The notes beneath the pieces were generated by a model that saw only the letters and a list, made by a program, of their open reading frames with translations, had not been told where the DNA came from and searched no databases. From assembly GCA_001724245.1 (NCBI GenBank), contig MEDX01000004.1, positions 1 through 64,000 of the forward strand: a stretch of DNA of 64,000 bases, given 5' to 3'. A program made the position numbers and the translations under genes. The stretch is from Fonticula-like sp. SCN 57-25. Taxonomy: Eukaryota. Shown here in pieces: positions 48,594-59,743 of the stretch (within the stretch, counting starts at the first letter, position 1; every line of letters begins with the position of its first letter).

Positions 48594-49866
48594 ATGTCTG
48601 GGGCCGAGCTTGCGTACAGCCCCGACTGCCCGGTGTTCACCGGCGGGCTCACGGCCAAGGGTTACTACACTGACATTTACTTGTTCGTGAACGATGGATG
48701 CGTGCCGTCCTTGGCGTTCTTCGCGGTGGGCGGGCTCAACTTTTGCTTGAACGTTGCGGTGGTGCGTAGCGCGGCTGGCAGCACCTCTTTTCGTGTTGCT
48801 GACTGGGGATGGCCTGCAGGCGATCTCCACTTTCATCATGTTCTGGCACCTGTTTAGCAGGACGAAGAAGGTCACGGCCGCCTCGCGCATCGTCCTCTTC
48901 GCGTTTATTGCTTCAATCAGTTGCGTTGCCCTTTTTTTTTGGACGTGTGCTGACCGCCGGCCAATGTTTTGTAGTGGTGGTCATTTCTTGCATTCTGTTT
49001 TTGATGGCGCCGCAGGCCGAGATTCGCCTCTTCATTTACGGGATGGCCATGTTCTTCACCATCGCCACCGGCGTCGCCAAGAACCTCACGTGGCTGCGCG
49101 TTGTCGGCTCGACCGCGCTCACTTCTAAGCGTTCGCGCCGCGGCTTCACCGCCAAGTATAAGGTCCTCCGCTGGAAGTCGCACGTTTTCCTCGGCATCTT
49201 TTTCGTCGGCCTCCAGGCGACCTGGACCTTTGCCCCGCTCTACCTCGCCGCCGGCAATGTTGTTGGGTACAACACTTCGATCGCCGCTGGCCACATCATC
49301 GTCGGCTTCTTTGCGCTGGCCATGTGTTTGTTCAGTCACTACTCGACCCGCATGTTTATGAAGTGCCTCGAGGAGGTGGTCAATGGGCCGGGCAGCAACA
49401 AGCCTGATGCGATCCCAAAGGTGCTGCATAAGGTACGCTTTTCTTTATGGGCTACTCTGCTTTTGAAGCTCACACGCGCGCGCGACAGGTGAAGAAGACC
49501 TTTTGGATCACCAGCATCGCGCTCTTCACCGGGTTCGTCGCCGCGACCGGTATTGGAATCTGGGTGCTGGTCTCGCCGGGCACGCTGACGCCGTACGCCG
49601 GTCTAACGTCGGTTACCTGGTCCTCTCTTGTCATCGCTGGCTGCGTTTTCACCTTCTCCTATGTGGTCGCCCGCAACCCCGACGACCACAAGACCATCAA
49701 CACGTCCAGCGAGGGCGATTCGTCGTCGACGCCGTCCAAGCTCAAGACGACAGTCAAGTCGACCAGTCACGAGCTCTCGTCCGTCAACGCCACGATCACG
49801 GAAACCGCCACGGACGAAATGGACGCATACCTCGAGGCCTCGCGGTCGTTCAAGGAGGAAGTTTAA
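48594..49866 (+). CDS. Diverged sixth member of the 7TM family
   Basis: N-terminal CPVFTG..GC, seven hydrophobic segments, PDAI..VLHK| intron, EMDAYL tail; three introns at equivalent positions and phases. Confidence 0.7.
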
Positions 49867-50806
49867 TGTCGAATTGCATCGATAATGCGCGAGCATACAT
49901 TTTTGGTTTCAAGTGCCTGTTAAGTGAACAAGTTTTTTGGCTTCTTATTCTTATCATTCCAGATTCAAACCCTTATTCTTATTTTTATGATTACAATAAG
50001 TTTTGTATTGCGATGTTCTGTAACGCATTAGTAGTACCCTGTCACTCCCACATTCGCAAATTAGCCACTATTCCAAGAGAAATAGACACGGTGGGGTGTC
50101 ATGGACATCAGGCATACTTAAAAATGTGACCAGGCATGTATGACAGTATGCTCAGACGTGCACTGTACTTTAACTTTGGCGCCGTTGACCTAGACTGTGG
50201 CAAGTGTTGCCGCGGTTGCTCGGCAGCTGCACGGCGGCGGCCTCCAATCGCGAGCCAATCACAATCGAGCACAAATTTGAACAATTTGTAAATTTGATTT
50301 TCAACCAATCAACAATCGAGGGGATCCAAACTTGAGTTTGCCGCTGGATTGAAGGACGCCCTCTCTCTCCCCTCACGTCCTACCTCTGCTTACGTGAAAG
50401 CAGTGCTTGGAAGGGTACGTCGGCTTGTCTGTGGCGGCGCTTGGGAGGGGATGTGCTGGGAAGGTGGGGATTTAACGATTTGACGGAGACTGCGGCCGAT
50501 GCTGGATTGTGGAGCGGCGTCAATCCGGCGGATGGATGCATCCAAGGGATGGTGGAGCCCTGCGCGAAGGGATCCTGGATGCCTAGTGGGCGCATCCTGA
50601 CGCGTTATGCGGAGGATTCGCGCTTACGAAGCGAACGGCTACCCGAAACGCTAGCGAAACTCTGCCTCTGGATGGCACTTGGTTGTGGTAGATGCAGTGT
50701 TGGTGTGTTGTGGATGGATGCCGCGCATCCGAGTGGTTTGCCCTCTCTCATCGTGTAATCCGCATCCAGACTCTGTTGTGCTCATTCTGCGCGCTCTCCC
50801 TCTTAG

Positions 50807-51471
50807 ATGGCTGATCAGGTGGATGCCGTGCCGGCTGCCTCGAACGAGGTGAAGCTTTTTGGCAAGTGGTCGTTCGACGATGTCGAGATCAAGGACATGT
50901 CCGTTGAGGATTACATTGCTGCCAAGTCCAAGCACGCCACCGTGCTCCCGCACACTGCTGGCCGCTACTCGTCGAAGCGCTTCCGCAAGGCCCAGTGCCC
51001 GATCGTTGAGCGCCTCACTGTCGCGCTCATGCGCAAGGGCCGTAACAACGGCAAGAAGCTCATGGCCGTCCGCATCATGAAGCACACCTTCGAGATCATC
51101 AGCTTGACGACCGACAAGAACCCCGTCCAGATCGTCGTTGATGCCGTGATCAACGCTGGTCCCCGCGAAGACTCTACCCGCATCGGTTCTGCCGGTACCG
51201 TCCGTCGCCAGGCCGTTGATGTGTCCCCTCTCCGCCGCGTCAACCAGGCTATCTGGCTCCTCACCACCGGTGCTCGCGAGTCGGCCTTCCGCAACGTGAA
51301 GACCATTGCTGAGTGCCTTGCTGATGAGCTCGTTAACGCTGCTAAGGTGCGCTCTTTTCTTTGTGATCGAATTTTTTGTACTAATGCGACGTGCGTCTTT
51401 AGGGCTCCTCGAACAGCTGGGCCATCAAGAAGAAGGACGAGCTCGAGCGTGTTGCCAAGTCCAACCGCTAA
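50807..51471 (+). CDS. RPS5: 40S ribosomal protein S5 (uS7)
   Basis: [63 protein letters not shown]. Confidence 0.99.
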
Positions 51472-51745
51472 TTACTTTGTACATGGGATAATGGTTACAG
51501 CCTTTGGATTTCGAATTCTCGCTTTTCATAGTCCAATGTGGGGGATGAGGGTGAAGGTTTACCTGATCCACCTATCCAATAGGGGTATTGGTGGGTTTCT
51601 TTGCACGGCGTGATAGTGGTAGAGTTTTAAGCGTAACAGCCGAATTTATTCTTTAATTTTTCCACGGAGCGTACAACATAAAGTAATGCAATATTGGAGC
51701 GTACAATGATTTCAAAAGTCTTCCATAGTCGAAAGAGGAGGGTGT

Positions 51746-53379
51746 TTATCCAAAGTTGAAGTGGAAATTCTGGAAAGGGCCGCGCCCTCCCTGCCCGCCG
51801 CCAAACATGTTGAAAATATTTTGATGGTGCTGGTGCTGCTGGTGGTGGTGCTGCTGCTGCCCACCCGACGGGTCATTGGGATCGGACCCCATGTCGTACT
51901 GCTTGCGCTTTTCGTCGTCCGAGAGGACCTCGTAAGCGAGGTTGATCTGGGCCATGCGCTTCTCAGCCTTTGGCCGGTCCTCGGGCGACTGCTTGTCGGG
52001 GTGCCACTCCTGGGCCAGCTTGCGATACGCGCGCTTGATGTCGGCCTTTGAGGCGGACTTTGGAACGCCGAGGGTCGCATAGTAGTCGTTCTTGTTGGCA
52101 TTCGTCATCGCCACCTCGGCGCGACGCTTGCCATCGGCGGCCTCCTTGTACCCGGGGTTAATCTCGGTCGCGCGGTTAAAGTCGCGCAGTGCTGCAATGG
52201 CGGCGAGGTTAGTATGCGCGACAGTCATAGAATGAAAGGAGGACGCACCCGACTCGTAGTCTTCGAGCAGCATGTGCGCCTCGGCGCGCTGGAACACGGC
52301 CTCTGCGTCGTCGGGCCTGCTGTCGACGAGCGCCGAGCACGCCTGCAGGGCGCTCTTGCCGTCGTGCGCCCCAATGTGCGCGCGGCACAGCGACATCATC
52401 AGGCTCGCGCGCTGCTCCTTGTATGCCGCGGGCACCTTGGGCAGCACCGTGTTGATGTGCGCGACAAGCTCATTGGACGCGCCCTTCTTGGCCAGCAGCG
52501 CCTCAGCGCGAGCGAGGCCTTTTTGAACCACGCGCGCCTCCTTGTGCATCGTCCGGCAGCCCTTGTACTCGGGGTCCAGCTTGAGGCACTTTTGCAAAAC
52601 ACTTTAGAAAAGGAAAAAGACACTGCGTTAGCGAGACGGCATGGCGGGCAAAGGAAAGCGTACTCGACGGCCTTGTCAGTCTCGCCGAGGGCGATGTGCG
52701 CCGCGGCGGCCTTGGGGTACACGTCGAGCGAGTTGGCGCTGAGCTGCATGACGCGAAGGAACTCGCCGAGAGCGAGGTCGCTCTTGCCTTCCAGCATTGC
52801 GCAGTCGCCAGAGACGACGCGCAGCGCGGCAAAGTGCGGCGCCAACCGGGTGGCGGCGTGGAGCTCGCCGGCATGTGCAGCGCACGATGCCTGGTCGTGC
52901 GCCGCTTGCACGGCCTTCCACAACGACTCTAGCTGCAAAAGGTCACGACCAAGCTGGGCGGCCTCGTCGTCGCCCGGCTTTTGCGCGAGCACCGCTTGCA
53001 CATCGTCGTTGCCTCGCTCGATATTGCCAAAGTAGAGATTGAGCTTGCCGCGCTGGAGACGCGCGGGGAGGAAGGCGTCGTTGAGGGACACAACAACGTC
53101 AAGGTCCTTGAGCGCGTGAAGCGGCTTGCTCAGCTGCGACTGCGCAATGGCGCGGTGAAAGTACGCCAGGTAATCCGTCGGGTCGGCCGCTAGCAAACAC
53201 GTCGTGTTAGCGCGCGCATCCCTACGAGAGGTAAAAACCGTACCAATAACAGAGTTTAAGCGCTCAACTGCCGCGGAAGCCTGGCCGCTAAACAGCAACG
53301 TCTTTGCTTCATCTAGCCCTGACGAGGCGCGCGCGCTCGCCACCGCCAGCAGCAGGACCACAAGCACGGCTCGCCGCAT
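51746..53379 (-). CDS. DNAJC3: ER TPR plus J-domain co-chaperone (P58IPK)
   Basis: Signal peptide, TPRs ([24 protein letters not shown]), J domain [28 protein letters not shown] terminus. Confidence 0.9.
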
Positions 53380-53548
53380 CCCTGCAGTCTATCTGTTGAC
53401 CGACCAATCGAGCCGCGCCACGTCGGGAAATCGAGGGAGGACGCCTGTGACAAGACTGTCACAACATATATTGCGACAGGCCTGTTGCAGGCCAACTCGT
53501 TTTTCTTTGTACACTCGTGTCCGAGGCACACAGGTCGGCATCGGAAGG

Positions 53549-53909
53549 ATGGGCAAGCCGGAGAAGCTCGTTATTGAGGACCTCACTGTGCGTGCCTTGA
53601 TGGTTTGGCGCATGCGTGAAAGCGCGTTCTCACATTTTTCATATTCGTTTTCTTTTTGGTCTGCAGGAGGATCCCAAGCCGATCATTGAGGCTCACTGCG
53701 CCGATACCCACTGCTCGACCCTCAAGCAGCTGCTCGAGGCGTGCACCGCGCGTGTCGAGATCAACCCGCGCTCGGGAGAGACGTGCACCCAGGAGCTTTT
53801 TGAGTTTGCTCACTGCGTGGACCACTGCGTACGCCTGCTTGTTTTGTATTGGGCTAGTTCTTACATTTCGCCGCAGGCCGCCCCCAAGCTCTTTGCCAAC
53901 CTCCGGTAA
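53549..53909 (+). CDS. UQCRH: Cytochrome bc1 complex hinge subunit (QCR6)
   Basis: EDPKPIIEAHC..C..CTARV..ETCTQELFEFAHCVDHC|AAPKLFANLR. Two introns. Confidence 0.92.
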
Positions 53910-54222
53910 TCCAGAGGACGCAGTCTATTCAAAATTTTAATGACGAAATGGTAATTGAAAGAGGTCGAGTTGCAGAATACATGTCGCTTTCCTGGCGAGG
54001 ACGGGCTCACACGCTTGTGTGATGCTTTTCGTTTTGTACCCCGTTTACTAAAGGAAATTGATATACCAAATTGAGATCATTGACGTATCAGTATGGGGTT
54101 ATATTAACCGCTGCAGCCGCTGCAGCGGGGCAGGCTGACATAATGGGAGGGGAGCGCGAACAATTCGCGACTACTAGGGTTGCACAGCAAATGAGACTCA
54201 AACAGAATACATTGCGCTCGCG

Positions 54223-54823
54223 CTAAAATAGTGCGCTGCGCTTCATTACGGCCAAAAACTCTTCCAGGTCAATAACACCGTCGCCGTTCTTGTCCGCCTC
54301 GTGCAGCATTAGTAAGAGGTCCTCGTGGCGCAGCTCTTCGCCGACCTCCTTGGCCACGCGCTCGAGGTTCTTGATCGAGATCTTGCCCACATTGTCGTGG
54401 TCAAACAGGTGGAAGGCCTTTGTCATTTCGTCCCGCGCATCGCGCTCAGACTATAGGAAAGAGAACGTTAGCTTTGCATAGGTGTGGCGGCGAGCGTGAA
54501 AGATGGCGCGAGCGCAGATTGAGATCGTACCAGTTTCGTCGTCATCAGCTGAACAAACTGATCAAAGTCAATGTACCCTAGCGATCATGTCAGTCGCGCC
54601 AAGAAATTTGAGAAATAATCCTCTCCGTACCGCTATTTGTCGTATCAACCGTCTTTACGAGCGACAGCAGCTCGTCCTCGGTCGGCGAGAATCCCAGTGC
54701 GCGCATGGCGATCCCCAGCTCGCCGGCTTCAATCCTCTCCTGCCCCTCCACATCAAAGAGGTCGAACGCGTCCCTGATCTCTTGCCGCTTTTCCGCGCTT
54801 AACGTCTTCTTGCTGCTCGACAT
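54223..54823 (-). CDS. Centrin-family EF-hand protein
   Basis: [67 protein letters not shown]. Confidence 0.88.
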
Positions 54824-55039
54824 ACCGCCGTCTTTCCCTTGATGGTTTCGCGCCAAGGCAGGAGTCGGGCGCCAACCCGATGCCGCTCTGAGCAAACAAT
54901 GACGGCGTCAACCAGTTTGCACGCCAGTTTGCACGATTTCGATAAAGGGGCTGAGCTAGAACGCAGGTTTGAGAGGTACTAGTCTGTATTATACATTAAT
55001 TGGAAAAAGGGCACCGGAAAAGACATGCACAATAATATT

Positions 55040-57247
55040 CTACTTGATGCGGTCTGCGAGGCCCGCGCGGTGTGCCGGCAGGATATGCCGAATGGACCAG
55101 TAGAGCCCACACGCGTTGCAGAGCGTCTTTTGCCCGTCCGGCCCGCGGCGAATACCCGGCGTGTCGTTTGGCCCAATGCCGCAGTGCACGCAGCGCCACT
55201 CGGCTGCAGCGGTAAAAGGGTTAGTATCGTTGCACATCGGTGATCGTGATCACGTACGGCTGAGCGTCGTATTGGCGCGCTTGTAGGCCCCGACGACCCT
55301 GCTCGCGCGGTTCTCAAAGTCACGGTAGTTTTGCCGCGGCCCAAACACAAACGGCTTTGCCTCCTTTCCATTGACCTGCGGCGTGTTTGGCACCTGCCTG
55401 CGGTAGTACGCGCGGTACCCGTCGTCGCCGCGGTCGACTCCGCCGGCCGCGCCATAGTCCTCGTCGTCGTCGGGCCCGAGCAGGTCGTCGAGCTCCTGCT
55501 CCGTGGCGCCGTCGGCGCCTCCGCCGTACCCCCCGCGGCCGCGGCGCTCGCGGAACATGCGCCCCGTGAACGAAATGTCGGACGCGAGGTCGCCGCCGCG
55601 CCGCCGCCGCCGCGCCAGACGCTCATTCTCGTCGAGCAGGCGGTCGCGCTCGTGCTCGTCAAGCACCTCAAGCACGGGCGACCAGTGCGCGGCCTCGGAC
55701 TCGGAGCGCACCGCATTCGACTCGGTCACGAAAATGTCGGGAAGCGGCTCACTCAGCGACCCACCGCCGCCCATCATCTAGCGGGCGGTGAGCACAGCAA
55801 TAGCAAAAAAACAAGGACGTACCGACAGGACGCGGCGCTTGCGGTGCGACACGACCTGCTCGTAGATGGCGTGCGAAATGTTGGGCACAAACTCGCCGCT
55901 GATGCCGAGGTCCGCAGCGAGGCCGCGCGCAAACTCATCGGGCGACAGCTCGCTGCGCGCGTCCCACAGAAAACGGTCCTTCAAGTGCAGCGAGCCGACG
56001 TGCATGTCAAGCTGGCGTGAAACGAAGTAAGAAAAAGCACACAAAAGAAGGATTCAACGTACCGTGATGTTGATGAGGTCGCCGACTTCGGGCGCGGGAA
56101 GAGCGTAGAGCGCGCGGAAGCCTTCGAGCTGCGTCTTGATGGCGTCCGAGACGGCCGACACGAGCGACTCGGGCACCTCGAGGTCCTCGCAGAGAAGCAC
56201 AGCAAACTGGTGAGGTGTGACGGCTTTCTCTGCACAACCACGTGAGAAAAGGGACAAATATATAGCAAATTACGAGGCGGACCATTCAAATTCCACATAA
56301 AACTGTCCGAAATGCGATAGCCCTGGTGCTCAATATCGAGCCTGATGGGCACTAGAGCCAGAGACTTTTCGGCGCTCTCGGATATCGAGGCGGGGTTCCT
56401 ATGACTCTGCGTCAGCGCGGTGGGCAAACCAAGACAAGGCGTACAGGTGAATGTGCTTGCCGCCCTTAAGCTTTGGGTTGTACGCAATCTTGCGCATCTC
56501 TACCTTTTCCTTGTCCTTGTCGCGGATCTCTTCGTCGTCAGAGTCAGAGTCGTCCGAGCTCTGGTTCCCGCGCCTGAAAGGGGTGTAAGCGGATCGCGCA
56601 GCAATCAAATAGGAGCGCACCCTCGGCGACGCGGGCGCGACGAGGCAGCGGGTGCAACTGGCTTGATAACGAGCGGGTTGGCGCCGCCGTACGCCTCGGC
56701 AGACAGCGTCTGGCGGGGGAGCGGGGTGCCGCCTGCATGCAGCGCATCAGCAAGAAAAATGGCAAACGAAAGGTACAAACCTCCAATTTGGGTCCGCAGA
56801 CGCATGCGCTTGAGGAGGGGTAAGTGGGTATCGTCAGGCGCCCACGAGGCACTGTGCAGCGACTGGCTGTACGACGGAAGCGGCTGCGAGGGAGCCATCA
56901 GCAAGTGAAACATTATGCAAGACCATGCGCACAGGCTGGGGCGGCGGGCCGAGCGAGGGCGCATCGGCTACCAACGACGACTCGGGTTCAATGTTTTTCT
57001 AAACAGAAATGTATTAGCGCATTTTGGCACAGTAAGGTCGGCGTGCATTTTCTTCAGCATTGTCCATCGTGACATCCTCGGATGGCTTTTCCGACGGAGT
57101 TTCGTCCCCGGCGGTAGCAACGCTCTGCTGTGCTTCAAGTAAGCAGGACATCATAATACAATGCTATCGTACCGTTTCCTCCACCGTGCTTGACTGCGGC
57201 GTCGCGACTCCTTCGGATTCTTCGTCCATCCTGTCGCTCTCCACCAT
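55040..57247 (-). CDS. SNF5/SFH1-family chromatin remodelling subunit with a C-terminal GATA-type finger; many short introns
   Basis: [73 protein letters not shown]20-CNAC. The 5' acidic exons trace back to the ATG at 57247. Confidence 0.85.
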
Positions 57248-57381
57248 GCTCGCCTCGGTTGAATTTGGCGCCAAAAGCGAAGGCGTCGACAAGGCCGTGT
57301 CACTTTGTATCTGATTAGATTTGAGCGCCTATTCGAGAGGGGTCCAAGTGGTCTTTTGACAACAGGCCCAGGAGAGTGTTG

Positions 57382-59020
57382 ATGGAGCCGTACGTGCTGT
57401 CGTTCTGGCTGCTTGCCGCGATCTGCGCAGTTCAAACGTTTTCATTACGGCATGTCATTTTCTCCTCGTCGTCGTCTTCGGAGCAGGCTCCTTCCCCCGC
57501 CTTTTACAAGTTCAGGCGAGTGTATCTCGTGGCGTTCCTCCTGGCGATGGGCGGCGACTGGCTGCAGGGGCCGTACGTGTACGCCCTCTATCAGCAGTAC
57601 GGCTTTACGCAGAGCGACATTGCTCTTCTCTTTGTCACCGGCTTTCTTTCGAGCGCGTTTTTCGGAACACTCTTCGGATCAGTGGCCGATACGCTGTGCG
57701 CCGCCCTCTCGTTTGTTGTTGTTGTTGACACATGGATTGTGCAGGGGTCGCCGCCGCCTCTCGGTCGCGTGCTGCCTTGTGTACGGCCTGTCGTGCCTGA
57801 CCAAGCTGTCCACTTCCTTTGGCGTGCTTTTGTTTGGCCGCCTGTTGGCGGGCATCGCGACCTCCCTACTTTTCTCGGTCTTTGAGTCGTGGTTTGTCTG
57901 CGAGCACTCGCAGCAGGGTCCGCCGATCTCTCGCCTCCCTCTTGCCGTTAGCAACACGCGCTTATGCTCTCAGTAGGCTTTAGTTCCAGTCTCCTGGCAC
58001 AGACCTTTGGCTTGCAGACGTGGGGAAATGGCGTCGTGTCGATCGTGTCGGGCATCGTGGCCAACTTTAGCGCCGACGCCTTTGGCCTGGTCGCGCCTTT
58101 TATGCTCGCCTTTGTTTGCTTTGCCCTCTGCGGCCTCGTCGTGTCGCTCACATGGGGCGAGAATTACGGCGAGGTGTCGTCAAAAGTGCGCTTTGTCTAT
58201 TTCGTTCGTAAAGCTCAACTACTTTGTCGCAGGAGTCGCCGCTCCAGTCCCTTCGCACTGGCTTCCAGTTGATGCTCAAGGGTGCGCTGCCATGTTTCCT
58301 TGCCACATTTACTGACATGCTGCTCTGCAGAGTGGCGCATTGCCGCGCTTGGCCTGACACAGTCCCTCTTTGAGAGCGCCATGTACTGCTTTGTCTTTAT
58401 CTGGACGCCCGCCCTTCAGCGCGGCCACGGTACGGCTCTTCCTCGTCCTTGGGAATCGGCCGCTAAATAAGTATACCCCTCAGGTGTTGAGCACGCGCTC
58501 CCCTTTGGCTGGATCTTTGCGTCGTTCATGGTGGCCGTCATGATTGGCTCGGTCCTCTTCCAGGCGGCCATCAGCCGTCGCGCACCCGAGCACATTGCGC
58601 GCGTGTGCTACGGCTTTGCCAGTCTGTGCCTCTTTGCGCCCATCTTTTCCGACAGCGCCATGTTTTCCTTCTTTTGCTTTGTCATGTTTGAGGTCTGCTG
58701 CGGCGTCCACTTTCCGCTCATCAGCACGCTGCGCTCGCGGCATATCCCCGAGCAGGCGCGCGCAAGTCTCATGAACATTTACCGCATTCCAATGAACGTC
58801 ATCGTCGCAACCGTGCTCGTCAATGTGCGCAGTGTAATTTAAATTCGCTTTGTGACTAATTATGGCGATTTTTTCTTTTTGTTTTTCCCCCATAAAGGTT
58901 GCCAGCATTCCGCTCGCTATTGTCTTTACGGTATGCGGCGCGCTGCTCATGCTGTGCGCGTTCCTTTCCTCGACGCTGCAGCCGCCGCCGGAGCCCGTCC
59001 GCACACTGAACGTTGTCTAA
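57382..59020 (+). CDS. MFSD5: MFS molybdate-anion transporter family protein
   Basis: YLVAFLLAMGGDWLQGPYVYALY, GRLLAGIATSLLFSVFESW, SLFESAMYCFVFIWTP, RASLMNIYRIPMN. Confidence 0.92.
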
Positions 59021-59743
59021 ATGCCCGTTGTATCATAGCCCGACAGAGGCGCAATTTTTGAATGCGTTCAAAGTTGTATAGCATACCTTTCTGGCTGAAA
59101 ATTTCGGTCGGGTATCAGTATAAATTACCAATTTCCATGCCTTTAAAACTATAAACAGCTGCAAATAAAGGCAAAGAATGCGCTACAAATACTACGTGTT
59201 GCGCCGCTTTTAGCTTTCCCGCTACCCATTCTTTTCCCCCCCGAACTTTCTCGCCGCGGCCACATTCACCGATGCATCGCTCATCTCATCGGAATGCGCC
59301 TGTGGATCGCCTGTCACAGGCCTGTTGAACGTGGAAGAAGCGACGTCTCCCCCCGCGAGCGCCCGTGCCGCCGCTCCCAGCAGTCTCCCATCTCTTGCCG
59401 CCGCGGCAGCGCTGCATTCCGTGCGTTCCTCCCCAACGAGTAGGGCGCCGCGTGAAAGGCCGCCCGTTTGATTAGCAGCCGCGAGTCGCTCTCGCATTCT
59501 GGGCGCCAAGGCCGCCCCCTCCCCATCAGCGAGCAGGTACGCGTGACCCTCTCACGAGACATGTTTCAGGGAAAGGGACAAGGGGATTTGGTATATCAAA
59601 GTCAATGTAGAGCGTCACTCGTGTCGTTTTGTCATCTGATTTCCGCGCGTCTTTGTTCTTCTCGCGCCACTTGCCGCTTACTGACACTGGGGCGATTTGC
59701 AAGCAGCTTTGCAGGCGGAGGCCGGCCGTGTTCTGCGACTGGC

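Noticed and set aside
56896-56964. MAPSQ or MFHLL as the start of the SFH1-like gene
   Set aside because: These ATGs fall inside a GTGCGC..GCAG intron; upstream exons extend the frame to 57247.
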